Positions 9,452 through 16,600 of a stretch of DNA of 32,000 bases are shown one piece after another (the first letter of the stretch is position 1; every line of letters starts with the position of its first letter). The notes under the pieces are model-generated. The model made no database searches and was not told the DNA's origin. It saw nothing but the letters and a program-made list of their open reading frames with translations. Origin of the DNA: Bellilinea caldifistulae (lineage in GTDB: Bacteria; Chloroflexota; Anaerolineae; Anaerolineales; Anaerolineaceae); assembly GCF_001306055.1 (NCBI RefSeq), contig NZ_LGHJ01000017.1:30001-62000 (forward strand). The letters are read 5' to 3'. The position numbers and the translations under genes were made by a program.

Positions 9452-9948
9452 TCCCCATCCTCCGAAAGGCTGTGTTCGGCCGGGGTGGATTCCCTCTCGC
9501 TCAACAATCCAAGAACCCCCAGCACGCCGCAAAACACCAGTACCGCCTGCAAGAACACATCCATCTGACGATTGCCCCATAAAACCACTTTGAGAGCCGG
9601 TTCTCCCACCGATGGCCCAGCCCGGTCAATCCCCGGCACCAGCAAAACACCCAGCAAAACGATGGCAAGCACACTCATCACCACCGCCAGCGGTTCCTTG
9701 ATCAAGCCTTTCAGGTCAGCGGCTTCCTCGCCGGTGAGGTTGATCGCAAAAACAAACAAAACCGTTACCAGACCGGCCCCCACACTCAACTCGATCACCC
9801 CGATTTCAGGTGCGCCGAGCAGATACAATTCCAGCGCAACCAGAGCGCTGGTGCCGGCCAGCCACAATGCCGAAACAATCAAGCGCCGGGAACGGATGGC
9901 TTGAATGGCACACACCAGAATCCCGACCGCCGTCACGAGATGCAGCAT
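9448..9948 (-). CDS. Membrane subunit, NuoJ / MbhD-E / MrpB-like; first gene of the hydrogenase operon
   Basis: Start taken at MLHLVTAVGILV (ATG 9948) with GGAGG about 10 nt upstream. The pattern SALWLAGTSALVALELYLLGAPEIGVIELSVGAGLVTVLFVFAINL resembles the NuoJ/MbhD conserved core. Confidence 0.65.
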   Translation of the reverse strand: MLHLVTAVGILVCAIQAIRSRRLIVSALWLAGTSALVALELYLLGAPEIGVIELSVGAGLVTVLFVFAINLTGEEAADLKGLIKEPLAVVMSVLAIVLLGVLLVPGIDRAGPSVGEPALKVVLWGNRQMDVFLQAVLVFCGVLGVLGLLSERESTPAEHSLSEDGE

Positions 9949-10100
9949 GATGATTTTTCCTCCGGTGAAATGGGTCTCAAGATAGAAATGTCCGCCGACG
10001 CGCCGGTTACCCCTATGCCTGATCACATCTCCGACACCGATAAATCATAGGGAAAACATGCTCACTGGTATAGGTATATCATCATTTTTGACAAAAGTCA

Positions 10101-10116
10101 TGTGAATTTCATCACA
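10101..10116. promoter_or_regulatory. Perfect CRP/FNR-family-type palindrome TGTGA-N6-TCACA upstream of the hydrogenase operon
   Basis: The sequence is tgtgaatttcatcaca. It lies 153-168 nt upstream of the first hydrogenase start codon (9948). It is immediately upstream of a possible minus-strand promoter: TTGTCA at 10094-10089, 16-nt spacer, TATACC at 10072-10067. Confidence 0.5.
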
Positions 10117-10158
10117 AAATTAACTTAAAAATATTCCTGACCCACTCGGTTTAACTAC

Positions 10159-10199
10159 AAAACGGCTTTGCCTTTCTAACTTAAGGACAAAACCGTTTT
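10159..10199 (-). terminator. Long hairpin downstream of the 694-aa gene (possible terminator or insulator before the hydrogenase promoter)
   Basis: A 17-bp stem (aaaacggctttgccttt / aaggacaaaaccgtttt) with a 7-nt loop. Two positions are G-U pairs only in the minus-strand transcript and C-A mismatches in the plus transcript. No clear U-tract follows, so this is not a canonical intrinsic terminator. Confidence 0.35.
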
Positions 10200-10221
10200 G
10201 TTGAGAACGCTGGAAACCAGC

Positions 10222-12306
10222 TTACATGCGAGTCAGCTGGAAGGTGACACCATAGTCCGAATCTTCGCCATCTTCGGGTGTCACATAACGATGTTCCACC
10301 ACATATCGTACCGTTGCCGGAGTATCTGGAGCCTTGGGCTTGGGATTATGACTGGTAGAAACTTCCTCAAACCTGTACCGCTCCACGGGGGGCAATTGTC
10401 CTTTCGGGCTGGTCAAGTTCCAGGCTTTGCGTGCATCCATCGTGATCAAGTCCACGGCTATCCGGTCGGCCGGCGCCCAGGCAGCCCAGAACAATCCCAC
10501 AATCAGGATCAAAGCAGCGACTACAGCCAGAACAATCAAGCCCTGCGTCAATGTCAGTGAAATCATTTTGGCAATGGATGCGGCGGTTCCTTCCATCGCA
10601 ACCGCCCCCTGCCAGATGTTTTCAAGGTAATGGACAAAAGCAGATCCAAAATCCCGTAATTGATCTCTTGCGGCTGATTCGCTGTCCACCTCAAAACCAA
10701 TCAGACCGGCCGCCATCAGCCCTCGATTGAAAGAACCGTTCCACAGATCAGCGCTGTACGCGCCCGAATCTTCCCCCGAGTCCATATCATCCCAGGCATC
10801 CCGATTAAACTCAACATGTTTCACGGGGGCAAGGGTATGTTTTCCGGAAGGCATCGAAGCCGGAATCAGGTGGGCAACCCACGCATCAAACCAGATCTCA
10901 TCCGAACCCAATCCATCCGTTTCTTCGTAGCAACGACCGTTTTCGCTCCAGAAATGGAAGGCAATGTTGGGATCCGGTTCAATTTGCAAAATCAATCGAT
11001 TCGATTTCAAACGAGGTGCAATTCCGCCGGAATAAACTGCCGAAAGCACATTATTAACCTCGATCCAGACATCGTAAAGACCGGGCGGGAAAGGCGCACC
11101 GGGTTGTTGAGGATGTTCTTTAGGGACATTGACCACAACCGAATCGAAAACCCGCCAATCATGGATGGTATGACCACTCTCATCCTTTACCGGGGTTTCC
11201 AGATCGCCAAAAACTGGAGCATCAAGGGATATTTTCAAACCAGTATCACGGTTTTGGAACCATACTTTGATCGTCTCGGTGATGAAATTGAACCCTCTCA
11301 GACAAATCGTCGCTCCCGGTTCAACCACTGGAAACTGAAGACACTGACCATTGAAGGTATAATCCTGCCCGCCCTCGCAAAAAGCCGGGAATAAAGCTCC
11401 GGGTGGGGGTGGCGGCGGAGTTTTCGGTGTGCAGTTGGCAATCAGTTCCCCCGGTTTGTTTAGGTTGACCGAAACGCTGCAATCCTTGGCAATTTGATAA
11501 GGCTGGAAAGTGTAAACATTTTCCATCGAAGAACGATAACTCGCCACGCTGCCGTATTCTTTATAATCGCCAATGTCCGGACGGATGGCAGTCAACCACG
11601 GCCACGGGCCGCTGAAAATCCGCGGCTGTTGAGAACCATTGGGGGTAGGCGGTAAAACCGCATCCCATATTCTGACCTGTCCGGGGCCTTTGATACCCTT
11701 TGAGTTCGACATCAGAGTTTGGGCAGTGTAAGCCAGCCCTTCCAGAACAAAGGCTTCTATCACATCTGCCGGCTGAACTCCATCGCCGCGGACTTTATCG
11801 GCCAAGCGCTCATCGAACAAACATTTACGCAAACGGGGTGATAAGTTCTCATAACCTTTAAACCCCTCCCCCAATGCTTTCAGTTGTTTTTTGTTCAAGC
11901 GCGAAAGCCCTTCAAAGATCATCTCTTCATAACCGGCTCGCGGATCTTCCCCCTTGCTGAAACGATAAAAAAGTTCTGCCATCATGGGGACAATGGCATC
12001 CACCGTTGGCAAATCACAACAAAGGCAATCTGCTTTTGTTCCGGGACGTTGTTTCGGTTTACGAAAATCGTCCACTTTAACCCCAGGAACCCGTTTCAGG
12101 ATCTCGGTGATTTGCTCTTTTTCTTTGGTCTTTCGCGAACGTCCCCCGCACCGACAATTGGCTTTGGGATTGGCTGCTTCCCCCATCGGTGGTGAACACG
12201 GATTTTCTGGTGAGATTTCTTCGCGGACTCCTTCCTCTCCCAGAGGATGCTGATGGGATGCCGTCTCCTCGGATGATTCTTCTTCTTTTTTTTCATGCGC
12301 TTTCAT
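10222..12306 (-). CDS. Hypothetical protein, 694 aa; Cys-rich N-terminal region, Pro-rich linker, beta-sandwich-like middle, single C-terminal TM helix
   Basis: Long uninterrupted ORF with an AGGAG RBS 7 nt before the ATG. I recognise no family. Features: an acidic/basic N-terminus with CRCGG and CLCCD; TPKTPPPPPPG; an IPT/TIG-like stretch PVVEPGATICLRGFNFITETIKVWF; an acidic DDMDSGEDSG; a TM segment LTQGLIVLAVVAALILIVGLFWAAWA (about 10475-10560); and a ~83-aa tail. Confidence 0.85.
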   Translation of the reverse strand: MKAHEKKEEESSEETASHQHPLGEEGVREEISPENPCSPPMGEAANPKANCRCGGRSRKTKEKEQITEILKRVPGVKVDDFRKPKQRPGTKADCLCCDLPTVDAIVPMMAELFYRFSKGEDPRAGYEEMIFEGLSRLNKKQLKALGEGFKGYENLSPRLRKCLFDERLADKVRGDGVQPADVIEAFVLEGLAYTAQTLMSNSKGIKGPGQVRIWDAVLPPTPNGSQQPRIFSGPWPWLTAIRPDIGDYKEYGSVASYRSSMENVYTFQPYQIAKDCSVSVNLNKPGELIANCTPKTPPPPPPGALFPAFCEGGQDYTFNGQCLQFPVVEPGATICLRGFNFITETIKVWFQNRDTGLKISLDAPVFGDLETPVKDESGHTIHDWRVFDSVVVNVPKEHPQQPGAPFPPGLYDVWIEVNNVLSAVYSGGIAPRLKSNRLILQIEPDPNIAFHFWSENGRCYEETDGLGSDEIWFDAWVAHLIPASMPSGKHTLAPVKHVEFNRDAWDDMDSGEDSGAYSADLWNGSFNRGLMAAGLIGFEVDSESAARDQLRDFGSAFVHYLENIWQGAVAMEGTAASIAKMISLTLTQGLIVLAVVAALILIVGLFWAAWAPADRIAVDLITMDARKAWNLTSPKGQLPPVERYRFEEVSTSHNPKPKAPDTPATVRYVVEHRYVTPEDGEDSDYGVTFQLTRM

Positions 12307-12532
12307 AGAATACTCCTGTTGCCTGACTTAACCTTAAAGCAAAACAGGCCAGGGTTGGCCAAAGTTACGGGTCTCTATTCCATAGGCTCTCCGTAAAGAA
12401 GAAATGTTATTGAAAACAAAAGGACTTTCCTCTAACCTCACGAAATCAGACAGAGACGAGTCCGTTGAGGAAATTACTCTTAACGAATGCGCTTTATACA
12501 GGCTATTATTTACCTTTTTTATCAATATTTTG

Positions 12533-12560
12533 ATTATATCCCCCTGTGTCAAAAAGTCAA
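12533..12560 (-). promoter_or_regulatory. Sigma-70-type promoter for the 694-aa gene (TTGACT-16-TATAAT)
   Basis: On the minus strand, the -35 TTGACT is at 12560-12555 and the -10 TATAAT at 12538-12533. This implies a ~220-nt 5' UTR. Confidence 0.55.
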
Positions 12561-12567
12561 TCTGGAA

Positions 12568-12584
12568 AATTGCAAATTGCAATT
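12568..12584. promoter_or_regulatory. 17-bp perfect palindrome AATTGCA-AAT-TGCAATT between the divergent promoters
   Basis: The 7-bp arms are exact reverse complements. The site lies 8 nt upstream of the minus-strand -35 and 66 nt upstream of the plus-strand -35. Confidence 0.35.
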
Positions 12585-12649
12585 GAAGGCATTTTTGAAC
12601 TCATCTTCGCTGAATTTCCTGAATGGCCGTTAAAGATAAACATAAACCG

Positions 12650-12678
12650 TTGACAAACATAACGCATTGCGTTATATT
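12650..12678 (+). promoter_or_regulatory. Near-consensus promoter of the phasin-phaR operon (TTGACA-17-TATATT)
   Basis: TTGACA at 12650-12655, an exact 17-nt spacer, TATATT at 12673-12678, then AAGGAGG (12702-12708) and the ATG at 12714. Confidence 0.7.
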
Positions 12679-12699
12679 CCAAATAACGCAATGCGTTAT
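12659..12699. promoter_or_regulatory. Two 17-bp palindromic operators, ATAACGCA-W-TGCGTTAT (candidate PhaR sites)
   Basis: Copy 1 (12659-12675) fills the -35/-10 spacer and overlaps the -10. Copy 2 (12683-12699) covers the predicted transcription start. The copies differ only at the central base (T versus A). Their centres are 24 bp apart. Confidence 0.6.
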
Positions 12700-12713
12700 C
12701 CAAGGAGGTTGAA

Positions 12714-13067
12714 ATGGCTAAACGAATCGGGCACGAATCTGTCGAAGATGTTACCAATCGCGGTGGGTTCACCGAACTTTCACGGAAAATCCTGCTGGCA
12801 GGCATCGGCGCTGCCGCTCTGGCTCAGGAAGAAATTGAGCGCTTTGTCAATCGGCTGGTGGAAAAAGGCGAACTGGCTGAAAAAGACGCCCGCCGGATGA
12901 TTCAGGAGATCATGGAAAAGCGCGAGAAGCTGGAACAAGAACGCCGCGCCGCCGCCCAGAAAAGCCGACCGGCCCCGGTCACCCAGGCGGATATTGAAGC
13001 CCTCAGCGCAAAAATTGCTGAGTTAAGCAAGAAGATTGAAGAATTACGCAAAGAACGCGGCGAGTAA
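12714..13067 (+). CDS. Phasin-family (PHA granule-associated) protein
   Basis: 117 aa. SRKILLAGIGAAALAQEEIERFVNRLVEKGE matches the N-terminal signature of the phasin / PHA_granule_1 family, followed by a charged coiled-coil tail. It sits directly upstream of the phaR-like gene. Confidence 0.6.
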   Translation: MAKRIGHESVEDVTNRGGFTELSRKILLAGIGAAALAQEEIERFVNRLVEKGELAEKDARRMIQEIMEKREKLEQERRAAAQKSRPAPVTQADIEALSAKIAELSKKIEELRKERGE

Positions 13068-13078
13068 TCCGGTTCTGA

Positions 13079-13600
13079 ATGCTGCACATCAAGCGTTACA
13101 GCAACCGCAAGTTGTACGATACCGACAACCGGCGCTATATCACCCTGCCGGAAATTGCCCGATTCCTGCGGGAAGGTGAGGAAATTCAGGTCATTGACCA
13201 TGACAGCGGAATTGACCTGACCACTCTGGTAATGCTGCAAGCTCTCTTCAGCGCCGAAAAACGGTCAGGCGGCTGGCTGCCGCCCAATCCGTTCGACCGA
13301 TGGTTGGAGGTGGGTGAAAAAAACTTTCAAACCCTGCTGACTGCTCTGCTCCGCCGGGTTGATTTGGATCGCCTGGTCAATCGGGAAATTTTGCATCGCC
13401 TGGAGCAGCTGGTCAACAACGGCGATCTGGTGCCAGAAGAAGCCGAGCGGATTGGCAACCTGCTGATGAAATCCTCTCCGCAGACCCTTGACTCTCAAAT
13501 ACCCACACCTGCCCGACGCGAATCCCTTGAAAATCTGCTGGCGGACCTGGAGCGGCTCTCCTCCCTTTTGGATGAACTCGCCGGCCCGCCAGCCACCTGA
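13079..13600 (+). CDS. phaR: PhaR-like polyhydroxyalkanoate synthesis repressor
   Basis: The N-terminus MLHIKRYSNRKLYDTDNRRYITLPEIARFLREGEEIQVIDHDSGIDLT matches the PHB/PHA accumulation regulator DNA-binding domain (IKKYxNRRLYDT...YITL...G..f.V.D...G.DLT). Confidence 0.8.
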   Translation: MLHIKRYSNRKLYDTDNRRYITLPEIARFLREGEEIQVIDHDSGIDLTTLVMLQALFSAEKRSGGWLPPNPFDRWLEVGEKNFQTLLTALLRRVDLDRLVNREILHRLEQLVNNGDLVPEEAERIGNLLMKSSPQTLDSQIPTPARRESLENLLADLERLSSLLDELAGPPAT

Positions 13601-13607
13601 ACCTTGC

Positions 13608-16600
13608 TTATTCGATCTTGAACACCATGCCAGCCGTCCTTCCCTGAATGTCGGGGAAGTAATAAGCGTAGGCATGCGCCGGCAGCACCCGAAATTCACC
13701 TGCCTGCAATGGCATGAGCCGGTAAGTCAGCAGGTACGTCCCGGCCGGCACATATGCTCCCACCCAGCGGATGTGATCGTCGAAGATTCGCGGTTCACTG
13801 AAATGCCACCAGCCCCAGCCACGAAGGAAGCGGTCTTGATCCACAACCCCATTCTGCCCTTGTTCACTCCCTTGCCGGGTGGTTAGCAAGGTCGTATTCA
13901 CAATTTCTGCACCAGCAGGAATGTAGTCTTCCACCACCAGATATGTGAGGTCCTCAGGTACGGTGATGGATAGTTGCACCTGCACAACCGGATTGCTCAT
14001 CGAACGGTTAACGCCGGTAACCGGCGAGCAGGCATCCGCCCGGCAGTCAGCACCTTCCAGATAGTATTGCCGGCTAAGGATAATTCCGCCGTCCATGGCT
14101 TGTACCGTCTCGACGGGTTGACCGACATCGAGGATCGCCCGGTAATACAGACGCCCGCTGCCAGCCGACCGTTGAATCCGCAGGGCATTTCGGTTGGAGG
14201 GGAATTGAGTGATATTCACATCCGCCCGCACCGTGTTGAAAGATTGCGCCCCTCCTGCTTCTCCGCTGGCAATGGCTGCTCCGTTCAAAGTGGCCGAGAA
14301 GGAGTAGTTGCCTTGCAGCTCGCCCGTCGCCCGCACAGCCCGGCTGAGGGCAGCCAGCACCCACCCGCTGCCGTAACTGTTCAACCAGCCTTGCACCCCG
14401 CGTTGGAGAGTCAGATAACGCACCGCATCACCCACGAGGGGCGAGGCCGGATCCAGATCGAGCAGCGCCATTAAAACAATGGCTGTTGAAGCGTAAGTAT
14501 TTGAAAAGCGGAACAGCGAGTTGTCTTCTTCCTGCCAGAAAACCCCATCTGCCGAGCGAACTGCCCCGCCCTGCAAGTCAGCCAAAATGGTCTGAGCCGA
14601 TTGAGTATCACCGCTGCTGTTGAGCGCCATCGCCAGAAATGCCTGCCCCCACGGATTTAATCGTCCGCGCAAGCGCAATAATTCCGGCGGAACTGGATTC
14701 TGGCGCCCATGTTGATTGAGGACAAAGTAGGCGAAAGCCAGCTGATCCAGTTTGGCGGTTTCCTGCGCCATTTCGGGCGTGTAAAGACTGGCTGTAACAA
14801 AACGATTGACATCTAAAATCTGAAAAGGTTCAATAACAAAACCGGCTGCACCCGCCTGATCGAGCACCCACAAAGCATAGGTACTCAAGAAAAAGTCACT
14901 CGGTTCGCTGCTGATCCAGCCCCAGCCCCCGTCAGCCTGCTTCTTTTCAAACAAGCGGTCGAGGTCACGCCGGATGGCTTGCTGCAAGCGTTCGCTCAGG
15001 TCCGGTGCGGAGAAATTGGTCTCCCGGCTCAATTGATACACACTCAAATTCGCCGCCAGACGCGAGAGCAATACCTCGACAAAATCATCCGGATAACCTT
15101 CCAACACCTCCAAACCCGAAAAGACGCTACCCGCCAGATTGGGAGAAAGCTCAATCCGCAGGTTGCCCCCGGTTGGGGTGAACGAGCGCGGCAGAGTGAC
15201 TACCTCCAAAACCTCTCCCGCCTCATCAAGAATCCCCCCCGTTACAAACGATTGGGGTGTGCTGTATCGGTGGATGGGTAAATTTTCATTAGAAAGCATT
15301 ACCGCATCTTGCAGCCCCCCACCTTCCACACTGAAAATCAACGAAGCCGAAGGGACATCCTCGACTTTGACCCACCAGTTGACCCGTTGACGGTCATTGG
15401 CACTCAGCTGAAGCGCCTGCCGCTCCAAACCCGGATTTTCCAGCACCAGCCCGCTGCTCTGCAAACGAACGGTGACATCCAGTGAAGCATCCGTGTTGTT
15501 TTGAACCACAGCCCCTATTTCAACCCGGTCACCCGCCACCACAAAACGCGGCAGAATGGGCCGGATTAGCAAATCCTTGCTGACCAAAATCTCGGCAACT
15601 GCTTCCCCCACCCGCGCATCACGGGTCAGTCCGCGCACAAGGACCACCCATGTGGTTAAATTGTCCGGCAGGTTAAATTCCAACCGGGCAAAACCACTCG
15701 AATCGGTTTCCAGCGCCCCGACCCAGTAGGCGGTATCTCGAAAATCACTGCGAACGGGAAGCGGAGAGGCATCTCCCCCTCCACCGCCGCCTAAGCCGCG
15801 CGGCAGCAACGGGATGCGGCCGATATATGCCGCCATGGAACAGCTGGTGAATACCCCCAGCGGCTGATCCCCGTAAAAAGCGCTGAATATATCCGGGGCA
15901 TTTGGCGTACTCAACGCAAAAATAGCCTTGTCCACCACGGCTACCGAGAACTCGCCCTGGAGCGGATTGCCGCGCTGATCCTTGACCTGTAGATCGAGCC
16001 GGGCGGTCTGGCGCGGTTCGAAACGGCTTTGTGGAGCAGCCAATCGTACATCCAGTTGAAACGCCTCTGGTTTCACCTTCAATTCGAGATAACCCTGCCT
16101 GAAATCCGGCTTGCCGGTTTCGTTCACCCCCAAGAGGGTAACCGAAACAAAAACATTGGGAGCAAATGCTTCCCCAATGGATAGATTTACCGTTTCGCCA
16201 CCCTCGCCAATCGAAAGCACCTGATCGGTAATCACACCGCGCCGTTCGACACTGAGCCACGCCAGGGTATTTCCCTTCAACGGATTGGGAATGAAGATCT
16301 GGGCAGTATCACCCACAGCATATCCCTTTCGGTCGGATTCCAGCCGAATCTGCTGGTTGGGTAAACGCGGCCATGGAGCGGCTCCGGATCCCCCCACCCA
16401 AACCAGGGCTTGAGAGACCGCCTCCTCGCCCCGCACCTCCAATCGGTAAATACCCGGTTCCTGGGGTGTGAATTCGAGGGTCGCCAGGCCGTTGTTACCG
16501 GTGCGCAGGTCGGCTCCGCTGACCGGAGTGACCACCTCACGGTAGGAGACGGCTCCGGTTTCGACTTCGCTCCATTCCTGTACCCACTCAATTCGATCAA

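Noticed and set aside
1458-9948. Interpretation of the cluster as respiratory complex I (nuo operon)
   Set aside because: The NuoD-like subunit retains both Ni-Fe CxxC pairs and a protease-cleavable tail. A HycI-type protease is encoded. NuoE/F/G and a third antiporter-like subunit are absent.
10089-10094. Plus-strand reading of this hexamer (TGACAA, within TTGACAAAAG) as a -35 element for a plus-strand gene
   Set aside because: No plus-strand gene lies downstream. The reverse complement (TTGTCA) fits a minus-strand promoter for the hydrogenase operon better.
12334-12586. Short ORFs (82 aa minus, 60 aa plus) in the AT-rich divergent region
   Set aside because: They have no RBS and give low-complexity AT-biased translations. 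The region is better explained by promoters, palindromes and a long leader.
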